Shown here: positions 1-9,253 of the stretch, piece after piece | How positions within the stretch are numbered: the first letter of the stretch is position 1 | How the letters are laid out: each line of letters starts with the position of its first letter | Source: Saprospiraceae bacterium | GTDB taxonomy: Bacteria > Bacteroidota > Bacteroidia > Chitinophagales > Saprospiraceae | DNA length: 64,000 nt | Reading direction: 5' to 3' | Assembly (NCBI GenBank): GCA_020629315.1 | Contig: JAHDDO010000012.1 | Span: forward strand, 5,952-69,951 | The notes under the pieces: model-generated | The model's database searches: none | Told to the model about the DNA's origin: nothing | The model's input: only the letters and a program-made list of their open reading frames with translations | Position numbers and translations under genes: made by a program

Positions 1-3000
1 CTATTATACCTGTTGCTCAAGGTAGTTTTTACCTATTAAGTAGTCATGAACCAGGATTTGAAACAGGGTATATAGCGGTAAATACGGCTACTGGACTAGT
101 TCAAGAAGCAAATATAGATGCAGATTTCACAAGCCTTCCAGCGGGCGAATATGAAGTATACGCAATTGCATACAAGGCAACAGGAGCTGAACCTCCTGCT
201 AACATAATCATCACTGACTTAGAAGGATCGAGTATTTTACCTTTACTGAATCAAGGAAATTGCTTTAAACTATCTGATGATTTCAAATTATTGGTGGTTA
301 ATGCTCTAATGAATTGTTCCATAGATTCCATTGTACCGTTCCCTGAAAACTTCTGTTTGGACACAGAAACCTATGATCAGAATTTTATCGTATATTATTC
401 TGATTTGCCACAAGGCTCAAATACTATAAATGTCAATGGTAATTCATTCCCAGCACCAGGTGGTCAGAACTTCATTACTTTAACCGGACTTCCTGCTGAT
501 GGTTCTACCATGATGATCGATATTTTTTTGGAACAAGATCCTGATTGTGCGAATAGCTTTTTCTACACAAATCCTGGCATGAGCACTGGTTTGTCTGTAG
601 AGGTCAATAGTATCTATAACTTGTGTGAAGGTGAATCAATCACAGCCATAAGTGATCTGGCTACCAGCTATTCTTGGGAAGCAATCAATAGCGGTAATGT
701 ATATTTTGGAAATCCATTCACACCTATTGAGGACGGTGTGTATCGATTGACTGTTTTTGATGATGCAGGATGCCAGGTAGAGGAATTTGTTGATGTAACC
801 TTTGAACCAACACCAACAGTCAGTTTTACAGAAGGCGATGCTATTCAATTGTGTTCATCTCCTAGCTATCAATTCTTTCCAGAAAATTCAGGTAGCTTAT
901 TTAATGAATGGCAAATCATAAATTTTGATCAATCAGACACCATATTCATTCCTCAAAATTTTGGTACACCTATGGCTGAAGCCACAATAACTGGAACCTA
1001 TATAGTAACCGTAGGAAATACAGGTTGTTCCGCAAGCGATACCATTGAAGTAGTTGTGACCCCATCTCCAGAAGTATTTGTACCAGAGGATACCGTAGTT
1101 TGTGGTATTGATTTTATTACAATTGATGCAGAAGTCCAAACACCGCTTGACGTAACCTTGAGTTGGACTGACGAAGATGATAATGAAATATCTTCAGATG
1201 AAGAGGCTTCGTTTTTCAATTCGGGCACGTATACTTTTTCTGCCACAGACGAAAATGGATGTGTTGATACCGCTGATTTTGAAGTAGACTTTCAAGAATC
1301 CTTAGATGTAACGATAATCGGTGATCAGGATACATCTTTTTGCGAAGGAGAACAATTACTAATTGAAGCATTTACAGGTGCTGCTGTGAATGTCAGTTGG
1401 ATTTATACAAATGGAGTTGACATAGATACTAGTAACATATTTGGCGCATATTCAGCCACTGAGTCAGGTACACTAATTGCCTATGTGGAATTAAATGGAT
1501 GTGAAGCAAAAGATACAATCGAACTTTCAGAGGTAGCGCCACCTGGTTTTCTTCTTCAAGATAACATTGAACCAAATAAACCACTATGTCCAGACTGTCC
1601 AGTAACCTTAACAGCACTAACGAATGAGCTAGGTATATCTTTTGATTGGACTGGACCTTTAGGGACATCTTTAGGCATTCAAAATAGCATTGGACCTGAT
1701 CAAACTGCGAATACAGGAACCTATTATGTGACGGCTTTAAGCGATGAAACGGGCTGTTCGTCTATAGATTCTATAGAACTTGAATACTTGGAAGCACCTG
1801 AATTTCAGACTGAATCACCTGTTTTACAATTATGTGATGGGACCTTAGATACTATTAGACTGTCATCTGTAACAGCTGATTTTTTGACTTGGTTCTTTTG
1901 TGAAGACTTGAGTGGCAATTGCATTGATGTGCTAGAAGTTGGATCATTCAGTTCATTAAAAGATTTTGAAGTAGAAGAGGCCGGGTTCTATGTTGCTGAA
2001 GCGGCGCATAGTTTAAATGGATGTTTTTATAGGGACACCATTGAAGTTGTTTTAGTTGATGCGCCTAATGTGGACATTGGAGATACATTTCAACGAGCAT
2101 GTGAAGGTGATGAATACATATTGACTACCGGTGAAAACCCTGAAGATGGCGTAGATTACAGTTGGTATATTTCCTCGCCATCAAACATCATTAATGGCGA
2201 AAATAGTAATGAACTCATTGTTACGGAAGATGGCAATTATGGTTTTATTGCTACCGATGGCAACTGCGAGGTTTCTTCGGAGGTAACGGTGGATTTTGTT
2301 GACTTCCGGTTTTGTCTTAATGAAGGTGTTGATACCTTGTTTGGTTGTCTAACAAATGGAAATGGCTTGACTTTAATTTACTCACAATGTGATGGAGAAG
2401 GGTTTCCTAATAATATAGAATGGTTTAAAGACGGTGACAGTGCACCTTTTGCGACGGAGTCGGTGAGTGTCAATGTTATGGAAGAAGGATTGTACTATAT
2501 GAATGCTACTGAACCTGTAGCAGATTGTTTTTATTCAGACAGTATATATGTTGTATTTAGCGATCCACCTCCTGTAGATTTAGGTGTAGATACCACTGTT
2601 TGCGGAGGTGATGTTATCACACTTAATACAGGTTTGGATGGATTTATTCACGAATGGGATTTTGGTGGAGAAATTCAGATGGGAGAAACGGGGAGTACAA
2701 TTACGTTTAGTCCTACAGAAGATCAGCCTTTTGTTACAATAATTGTGACCATCTACCAAAATGATCCAAATTGTTTCTCCTTTGATACTAAGACAATTTT
2801 CGTAGCTAAGAATCCTGAAATAGTAGATTGGGTTGATAGTTTGGCTATCTGTTCTGGAGAAAGTGTGGACTTGGTGGTCTTTGATGAATTTCAAACGTAC
2901 GATTTTCAATGGTTTTTTGACGACCAACTCATTGAATCTGAGGATGATGATACTTATACCGCAGAAGAGGGAGGTAACTATTCTGTAATAGTGACAAATG

Positions 3001-4025
3001 AGATCTGTTCTGATACACTATTTGCTTTTGTAAACGAAGGAATGGTAGATCCAGTTGATCTAGGAGAAGATTTGACAATATGTCCTGGAGAATCAGTGCT
3101 ATTAGAACCAGAAGGTGAATATGATGAATATTTATGGCTACCCACTGGAGATTTAGATCCAAGTTTAGAATTAAGCTTAGATTCTGGTTTTGAAGGAGAG
3201 GTCTCGATAATCCTTCAAGCACAGAATGACGGATGTACTTCAAGGGATACATTGATAGCTTTCTTTTCTTCACCAATCACAGAGGCCGAAATCATACCAT
3301 CACAAACAGAGATTTGTTTTGGTGATTCTCTTCTACTTCAAGCGGTAAGCGGTCCAAATTATTTATGGACACCTTCAGAAAGTTTGAGTTCTGATTCGAT
3401 TGCCAATGTCATAGCGTATCCACAAGAAAACACTACGTATTCACTTACCGTTTTTGATGATTGTCCTGGAAATGAAGCCACAACTGATATAAGTATTACT
3501 GTTTTTCCAGAAGCAACTGTAGGCATTATGAATGATACTACGGTAGTTGCCGGTTCTAGTTTTAGCCTTTCTGCTTTTGGAGGTGAAGAATACATTTGGA
3601 ATAATATAGCCTTAATACAAGGTTCAAATGAAGTAGCTAATCCAACTGTAATTGTAAATGATTCAACCACCTTTGAGGTTCTAATCATTGATGAAAATGG
3701 ATGTGAGTACTATGAAGATGTTCGAATCAATGTCTTTATAAATCCTGAAGATCTTGTAAAACCAATATCGATTATCACACCTAATGGGGATGGTATTAAT
3801 GATGAGTTAATATTTGATGGTTTAGAGGCTTTCTCTGATAGCCATCTAGTCATCTTTAACAGATGGGGTAATATCGTCTATGAGCAAGATGGATATCAAC
3901 TTAATGGTGAGCTTTGGGATGGAGCGAATGGAGGGGTTATTTTGCCTGCAGACGTCTATTACTACGTCCTAGAGTTTGGAGAACAATCCATTAAAAATAC
4001 AATTACAATCACCAGAGAAAACTAG
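1..4025 (+). CDS. Giant cell-surface adhesin-like protein, 5'-truncated by the window edge. Carries Cys-paired Ig-like/SprB-like repeat modules and a T9SS type B (gliding motility-associated, CHU_C-type) C-terminal sorting domain
   Basis: The frame of the 291..4025 ORF has no stop back to position 3 (IIPVAQGSFYLLSSHEPGF...), so the gene starts upstream of the window. About 80-aa modules recur, each with C..GE...L and nGC motifs. The C-terminus ITPNGDGINDELIFDGL...VIFNRWGNIVYE...WDG...DVYYYVLEF matches the type B CTD consensus. Confidence 0.85.
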   Translation, partial: IIPVAQGSFYLLSSHEPGFETGYIAVNTATGLVQEANIDADFTSLPAGEYEVYAIAYKATGAEPPANIIITDLEGSSILPLLNQGNCFKLSDDFKLLVVNALMNCSIDSIVPFPENFCLDTETYDQNFIVYYSDLPQGSNTINVNGNSFPAPGGQNFITLTGLPADGSTMMIDIFLEQDPDCANSFFYTNPGMSTGLSVEVNSIYNLCEGESITAISDLATSYSWEAINSGNVYFGNPFTPIEDGVYRLTVFDDAGCQVEEFVDVTFEPTPTVSFTEGDAIQLCSSPSYQFFPENSGSLFNEWQIINFDQSDTIFIPQNFGTPMAEATITGTYIVTVGNTGCSASDTIEVVVTPSPEVFVPEDTVVCGIDFITIDAEVQTPLDVTLSWTDEDDNEISSDEEASFFNSGTYTFSATDENGCVDTADFEVDFQESLDVTIIGDQDTSFCEGEQLLIEAFTGAAVNVSWIYTNGVDIDTSNIFGAYSATESGTLIAYVELNGCEAKDTIELSEVAPPGFLLQDNIEPNKPLCPDCPVTLTALTNELGISFDWTGPLGTSLGIQNSIGPDQTANTGTYYVTALSDETGCSSIDSIELEYLEAPEFQTESPVLQLCDGTLDTIRLSSVTADFLTWFFCEDLSGNCIDVLEVGSFSSLKDFEVEEAGFYVAEAAHSLNGCFYRDTIEVVLVDAPNVDIGDTFQRACEGDEYILTTGENPEDGVDYSWYISSPSNIINGENSNELIVTEDGNYGFIATDGNCEVSSEVTVDFVDFRFCLNEGVDTLFGCLTNGNGLTLIYSQCDGEGFPNNIEWFKDGDSAPFATESVSVNVMEEGLYYMNATEPVADCFYSDSIYVVFSDPPPVDLGVDTTVCGGDVITLNTGLDGFIHEWDFGGEIQMGETGSTITFSPTEDQPFVTIIVTIYQNDPNCFSFDTKTIFVAKNPEIVDWVDSLAICSGESVDLVVFDEFQTYDFQWFFDDQLIESEDDDTYTAEEGGNYSVIVTNEICSDTLFAFVNEGMVDPVDLGEDLTICPGESVLLEPEGEYDEYLWLPTGDLDPSLELSLDSGFEGEVSIILQAQNDGCTSRDTLIAFFSSPITEAEIIPSQTEICFGDSLLLQAVSGPNYLWTPSESLSSDSIANVIAYPQENTTYSLTVFDDCPGNEATTDISITVFPEATVGIMNDTTVVAGSSFSLSAFGGEEYIWNNIALIQGSNEVANPTVIVNDSTTFEVLIIDENGCEYYEDVRINVFINPEDLVKPISIITPNGDGINDELIFDGLEAFSDSHLVIFNRWGNIVYEQDGYQLNGELWDGANGGVILPADVYYYVLEFGEQSIKNTITITREN

Positions 4026-4030
4026 GCGAC

Positions 4031-4969
4031 ATGAAAGCGATAAGAATAAACATTACTGTATTTCTCCTTGCCTGTTTTATGTATGAAGGCGTAGCGCAAC
4101 AATTTCCATATGCAAGTCCCTTTTCCGAAATGAGAGAAGTATGGAATCCAGCTTTTGTAAGTTTTGATGATGAACGTGTTTATGGTGTTTATGTGAGGCA
4201 ACAGTGGTTAGGTATTGGTACAAAGCGAGCACCTAGAATGATGTATGCCAGTGTGCAATACCCATTTAAAGATTTGAATATGGCCTTTGGAGGAGCCATT
4301 TACTCAGACAAGGCAGGTCCAATTACCAATAATAGTATTGTTATAAACTATGCCTATCAGCTCAAAAATCTACTATTTAGAAAGGACCGATTGTCACTGG
4401 CCATAAAAGCTAGAGGCACCCAATTTGGGTTTAATGCAACGGAAGAGATATACCGAGAAGGTGGCGACCCACTTATCCTAACCAATAGAAATTCGGCGTT
4501 TTATCCATCTGTAGGAGCAGGTTTAGCATATATTACCAATCCACGACACTATGAAAATAACTCCTTCTTCTTCGGGGTTTCATTCCTTCAAGCGGTAAGC
4601 ACAAATTTGTTAGTAGTAAATAATGACTTTGAAAGAGAACTCCATCTATTTGGCCAAATAGGTACAAGAATATATGGCTTAAATAGTTATTGGGAGTTGT
4701 CCTCTCATATAAATTATACCTTCCCGCAAATACTTGATATTATTACCAATGCTCGTTTTGATTATAATGATTCATTTTGGCTAGGTCTATCCTACTCTAC
4801 TGTAAATGACATTTTCCTACAAGGTGGTTTTTATGTTCGAAATATGGATAGAAACTATTCATACATGAAAATTGGTTTTATTGGTAACTTAAATGTGAGT
4901 CAAACACTCTTAACGGCAGGTCCAGGCTTTGAGCTTTTCGTTAATTACAACACCGATTTCAGATATTGA
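4031..4969 (+). CDS. PorP/SprF-family type IX secretion system outer-membrane protein
   Basis: Has a signal peptide followed by AQQFPYASPF...WNPAF...RQQWLGIGTKRAP...GGAIYSDKAGP, typical of PorP/SprF. It sits 5 nt downstream of a type B CTD cargo gene, the canonical SprB/SprF-like arrangement. Confidence 0.8.
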   Translation: MKAIRINITVFLLACFMYEGVAQQFPYASPFSEMREVWNPAFVSFDDERVYGVYVRQQWLGIGTKRAPRMMYASVQYPFKDLNMAFGGAIYSDKAGPITNNSIVINYAYQLKNLLFRKDRLSLAIKARGTQFGFNATEEIYREGGDPLILTNRNSAFYPSVGAGLAYITNPRHYENNSFFFGVSFLQAVSTNLLVVNNDFERELHLFGQIGTRIYGLNSYWELSSHINYTFPQILDIITNARFDYNDSFWLGLSYSTVNDIFLQGGFYVRNMDRNYSYMKIGFIGNLNVSQTLLTAGPGFELFVNYNTDFRY

Positions 4970-5045
4970 TACCTTGTTTAGGGCTATTTAATCCAACAAT
5001 TTAGCACCGCTATCTACAAATAAGGGCTGCCCAAGTGAGGCTTTG

Positions 5046-5053
5046 TATATTTG
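5046..5053 (+). promoter_or_regulatory. Candidate Bacteroidota -7 promoter box (TAnnTTTG) upstream of lepB
   Basis: TATATTTG lies 20 nt upstream of the GTG start at 5073. I saw no clear -33 TTG at the expected spacing. Confidence 0.25.
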
Positions 5054-5072
5054 AGTCAAAATTGGTTAAATA

Positions 5073-6692
5073 GTGAGTTTATTAATTGTCTTTTTATTAA
5101 TGCAAGTGGGTATCTGCCTGACCCTTTCAATGGTATTCCCTAAAGCGGGTAAAGAATCCCAAAAAGGGCTTATACCTGGTTTAAACTATGCCGAGTGCTT
5201 TGAAATTATCGGTCGTCCAAAATGGCGTGCCTGGTTACTTTTAGTACCTATTGTTGGCATTTTTGTATATGCAGGTTTAATGATTTTCTTAGTTCGCTCC
5301 TTTGGACAGTTTAAATGGATCGACAGTTTTTTAGCCGTTATGTTACCTCCGGTAATTTTGTGGCGAATTGCAAAAGATGATAAGATAAAATACCTAGGTA
5401 CAGGGTATACCGCAGAAATGGATTATCGAGAAAAAATCAAGCAAGCGGCAACAGATAAAAATGAACGATTATACAAACGATTGGTCAAAGAAAACCCGTA
5501 CAAAAAATCCTTCATCAGAGAATGGGCTGAATCAATAATTTTTGCTGTTTTTGCAGCTGCTTTTATTAGGATGTTCTTAATTGAGGCATATGTTATCCCA
5601 ACGCCTTCAATGGAAGGGTCTTTACTAGTGGGTGATTATTTATTCGTTTCAAAGGCATCGTATGGAATCAGGACGCCTATGACTGTTGCAATGATACCTC
5701 TACTACATAATCGAATTCCCGTTTTAAACAAAGAATCCTACTTAAAGAAACCGAGTCTAAATTATCACAGACTACCAGCTTTCGAATCTATTGATAGAAA
5801 TGACCTTATAGTCTTCAACTGGCCTGTTGGTGACAGTGTGTATTTAGCACCAGATAGATCCTGGGCTGTAGGACAAATAGACCGAGCTAAAGAAATGCTG
5901 GCGCCCAGAAAAGGTGAAAATACATATGAAAGACGAGCACGATTAGCTTTGAAAAAAATGGTTGATAACAAAGAATATGTAGTACGACCCATTGACAAAA
6001 AAGATCATTACATCAAGCGTTGTGTGGCTATCGCAGGAGATAGCATTCAGATCAAAGATCAACAACTATTTGTAAATGGGCAACCTGCTGAGAACCCAGA
6101 TAAGATGCAGTTTTCTTATTATGTTCGATTCCCTGAAAATACAAGCATTAGTGCTAGAAAATTGGAAGAACTTGAACTCAGCAACCCGGATGGATTAGGT
6201 AGATTCCATATGAATGACAAACAAGTTGAGAAGCTAAAAGCTCTAGATCCAGGAATACAGCTTAGCCCATCAAGGGCGGGTGCAGAAGGTAAACGTTTAT
6301 TTCCACATGCACAGAATATTTCAGGAAATTGGTCTACAGACAATTATGGGCCATTATGGATTCCTAAAGCTGGAGAAACCATTGAGCTAAATGAAAAAAA
6401 TGTAAAAATCTACAGAAGAACCATTGAAACCTATGAAGGCAATTCCTTTGAAAATAGTAATGGTCAAATTAAAATTAATGGAGAGGTTGCAAGTAGCTAT
6501 ACATTCAAGCAAGATTATTACTGGGCTATGGGTGACAATAGGCATAATAGTGAAGATTCTCGCTCTTGGGGTTTTGTTCCTCATGACCATATTGTTGGAA
6601 AACCCAAGGTTATTTGGTGGGCAACAAAGAATGGAAGTTTTAAAAATGGTGTAAATTGGAAACGTATATTTAAGAATCCAAATAAGATTTAA
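5073..6692 (+). CDS. lepB: Signal peptidase I (S26 family), long Bacteroidota form with an N-terminal membrane extension
   Basis: Catalytic Ser box IPTPSMEGSLLVGDYLFVSK, Lys box KRCVAIAGDSIQIKD, and C-terminal GDNRHNSEDSRSWGFVP. The start codon is GTG. Confidence 0.9.
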   Translation: MSLLIVFLLMQVGICLTLSMVFPKAGKESQKGLIPGLNYAECFEIIGRPKWRAWLLLVPIVGIFVYAGLMIFLVRSFGQFKWIDSFLAVMLPPVILWRIAKDDKIKYLGTGYTAEMDYREKIKQAATDKNERLYKRLVKENPYKKSFIREWAESIIFAVFAAAFIRMFLIEAYVIPTPSMEGSLLVGDYLFVSKASYGIRTPMTVAMIPLLHNRIPVLNKESYLKKPSLNYHRLPAFESIDRNDLIVFNWPVGDSVYLAPDRSWAVGQIDRAKEMLAPRKGENTYERRARLALKKMVDNKEYVVRPIDKKDHYIKRCVAIAGDSIQIKDQQLFVNGQPAENPDKMQFSYYVRFPENTSISARKLEELELSNPDGLGRFHMNDKQVEKLKALDPGIQLSPSRAGAEGKRLFPHAQNISGNWSTDNYGPLWIPKAGETIELNEKNVKIYRRTIETYEGNSFENSNGQIKINGEVASSYTFKQDYYWAMGDNRHNSEDSRSWGFVPHDHIVGKPKVIWWATKNGSFKNGVNWKRIFKNPNKI

Positions 6693-6693
6693 T

Positions 6694-7581
6694 ATGGGGA
6701 GTTACACCCGGGCATGTCTGATTCTTTCCTTTTTAATATGTTGCCAATCGCTATTGATTAGTCAAGATTTGCCAAGCACCAGTGTCTATTCTTTTAGCTT
6801 TATCAAAGATGCTGAGCGCCTTCGCATTAAATCAGCAAGTTTACTTAGTGGTTTTAACAAGGGAGGTTATAATAATCAACCAAGCTTTATTGATGATAAT
6901 AGTTTGTTTGTAACTACTGATTATTATGGTGAGAAAACAGAAATTGTTAAACTCGATCAGTATGAAAAGAAAATTTATAGAATCACAAAAACGGTAGAAA
7001 GCGAATACTCTCCTATCCTACTATCTGATCAAAAAAACTTTGCAGTGGTTCGGGTGGAAAAAGATAATACCACACAACATCTGCATTCATATCCAATGCA
7101 TCTTGAAGACAAAGGTAAAACCGTATATGATGAGATTGAGAATGTAGGCTATTTTACCTATGATCAAACGGGTAATGTGTATCTATTTTTAGTAGACGAA
7201 CCACACAAGTTAGCTTTCGTGGATAGAGACACAAAAAAGAGTAAAGTCTTATTCCAAGATATAGGAAGAACCTTAAAATGTGATAAGTATAATCAACTCA
7301 TTTTTATTCATAAAGTTGGAGATCAATGGTTACTAAAATCATATAATCCAAACACCCAAACGGCCACAATCATTGATAGATGCCTTCATAATGTAGAAGA
7401 TTTTGAATATTTATCTACACACGAGCTCATAATGGCTAAAGATGGTATTATCTACAAACTAAATATGGAAAACAACATTGGTTGGAGAGAATACGTGGAT
7501 CTAAATGAATATGGGATTACCAATATTACAAGAATGATCATCCGAAAAAATAAGTTGGTGGTTGTTACTCAAGACAATTGA
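6694..7581 (+). CDS. Hypothetical secreted protein (signal peptide, beta-rich, possibly propeller-like)
   Basis: Uninterrupted 295-aa ORF starting 2 nt after the lepB stop. The N-terminal hydrophobic signal is CLILSFLICCQSLLISQ. I recognised no diagnostic motif. Confidence 0.5.
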   Translation: MGSYTRACLILSFLICCQSLLISQDLPSTSVYSFSFIKDAERLRIKSASLLSGFNKGGYNNQPSFIDDNSLFVTTDYYGEKTEIVKLDQYEKKIYRITKTVESEYSPILLSDQKNFAVVRVEKDNTTQHLHSYPMHLEDKGKTVYDEIENVGYFTYDQTGNVYLFLVDEPHKLAFVDRDTKKSKVLFQDIGRTLKCDKYNQLIFIHKVGDQWLLKSYNPNTQTATIIDRCLHNVEDFEYLSTHELIMAKDGIIYKLNMENNIGWREYVDLNEYGITNITRMIIRKNKLVVVTQDN

Positions 7582-7605
7582 TACTTTATAATAACGTTAT
7601 TTTTG
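7578..7605 (+). promoter_or_regulatory. Candidate Bacteroidota promoter (-33 TTG / -7 TAnnTTTG) for the S8 protease gene
   Basis: TTG at 7578-7580 and TATTTTTG at 7598-7605 are separated by 17 nt. The -7 box ends 17 nt before the ATG at 7623. Confidence 0.35.
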
Positions 7606-7622
7606 TGAAATAAGACGAGCCT

Positions 7623-9239
7623 ATGTATAGACTTCCTTTACTTCTTCTATTCAGTCTCATTTGTACGGTTGCTTTTTCACAAATGGATAGATGGATTATT
7701 ACATCCGATGTTTGGTTGGTGGAGACGGATTTTGAACGATTCGAACAAGAAAATAATGTAGATATAATAGCATGGCGGAGTATTTCTAAAAGGAAGCCCA
7801 TGTATGCTGTTCAATTCAAAAATAACATTGACCTACATAACAAGCGACACAGTAAGAAAAACGTCAATTATTATCTAGATAGAAAGGTATCTAAACGGAA
7901 TAATGTGCCTAATGATCCTGATGTAGCCTTTCAGTGGGCCATTGAAAAATTAGGCTTGTATCAGGTATGGAATGAGACTACAGGGGGTTTTGATACAGAT
8001 GGAAAAGAAATAGTCGTGGCGGTATTGGATGATGCCTTTGATCTACAACATCCAGATTTTGAAGGAAGAGTATGGGAGAATACAGGTGAAATACCTGACA
8101 ATAATATTGATGATGATGGTAATGGGTATACAGATGACTTTTTTGGGCTAAATATGCCATCTGGAACGGACAATCATCCATTTCTTGATAGACATGGAAC
8201 TGCTGTTGCTGGAATAATCGGCGCTGCAGGCAATAACGAATATGGAATAACAGGGGTAAATTGGAATGTTAAACTGATGTTCTTAAGCGGCATCGGTCTA
8301 ATTTCTACCATAGTAGAAGGTTACGAGTACGCATATGAGCAACGTAAACTGTATAATGAAACTAATGGAGCTGAAGGAGCCTATGTAGTTGCCACAAACC
8401 TTTCAGCGGGTTTGACAGGATTCGGTCCAAGTGATTATCCAGAGTGGTGTGACATGTATGATGCCTTAGGAGATGTAGGTGTTTTAAGCGCTGGCGCTGT
8501 ACCAAATGAAGATGTGGACTTAGAAGTGACAAAAGATTTACCCTCTGATTGCCCATCACCTTTTACCATAATGGCGACCAACACAAATAGTGCAGATTTT
8601 AAAGTTACCCAGGCTGGCTATGGTGCAACCATAGTTGATTTAGGCGCTCCTGGTGAAGAGATTTACACCTTAGCACCGGGTGAGGATTTCAGGTATTTTA
8701 GTGGAACTTCTGCTTCTTGTCCATATGTTGCTGGTGCTATAGCCTTGTTATTTAGCGTTGATTGTCCAAATCTAGCAGAAGCAAGTATAACTAATCCTTC
8801 AGCCACTGCACTGGCTATGAAAGATATTATCTTAGAAAATGTAGATGTAACCAATGATTTAAAAACAAGAACTCTTTCAGGAGGACGATTGAATATATTT
8901 AAAGCAATGCAGGGTCTTGCGAATAGTAATGAACAAGGTTCCTTTTGTGATGAAGCGGCAACTGAACTTATAGTTAGTGGGGATAGACGAATCCAAATAT
9001 ATTTTAATGAAGAGGATTATCTCTACAGTTACTTTACAAATAAATCAGAAATACATACTGTAATTCTTTTTGATGCTTTAGGTAAAATCATCAGTAGCTA
9101 CCAAGACAATCCATCCATCTTCAATTCAAACCAAATTAGACAAACTCTTTTCCCGGATAATTTGATGGCAGGCATGTATTTTATTGGCGTTCAGAATAAT
9201 ACCGAAAAACAAACTCTAAAACTACTCGTCCAAAATTAG
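7623..9239 (+). CDS. Subtilisin-like serine protease (peptidase S8) with a T9SS type A C-terminal sorting domain
   Basis: Catalytic triad contexts are VAVLDDAFD (Asp), HGTAVAGIIGA (His) and GTSASCPYVAGA (Ser). A signal peptide is present. The C-terminus ...ILFDALGKII...MAGMYFIGVQNN..KLLVQN is Por_Secre_tail-like. Confidence 0.9.
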   Translation: MYRLPLLLLFSLICTVAFSQMDRWIITSDVWLVETDFERFEQENNVDIIAWRSISKRKPMYAVQFKNNIDLHNKRHSKKNVNYYLDRKVSKRNNVPNDPDVAFQWAIEKLGLYQVWNETTGGFDTDGKEIVVAVLDDAFDLQHPDFEGRVWENTGEIPDNNIDDDGNGYTDDFFGLNMPSGTDNHPFLDRHGTAVAGIIGAAGNNEYGITGVNWNVKLMFLSGIGLISTIVEGYEYAYEQRKLYNETNGAEGAYVVATNLSAGLTGFGPSDYPEWCDMYDALGDVGVLSAGAVPNEDVDLEVTKDLPSDCPSPFTIMATNTNSADFKVTQAGYGATIVDLGAPGEEIYTLAPGEDFRYFSGTSASCPYVAGAIALLFSVDCPNLAEASITNPSATALAMKDIILENVDVTNDLKTRTLSGGRLNIFKAMQGLANSNEQGSFCDEAATELIVSGDRRIQIYFNEEDYLYSYFTNKSEIHTVILFDALGKIISSYQDNPSIFNSNQIRQTLFPDNLMAGMYFIGVQNNTEKQTLKLLVQN

Positions 9240-9253
9240 TCTGAGGTGTATTC

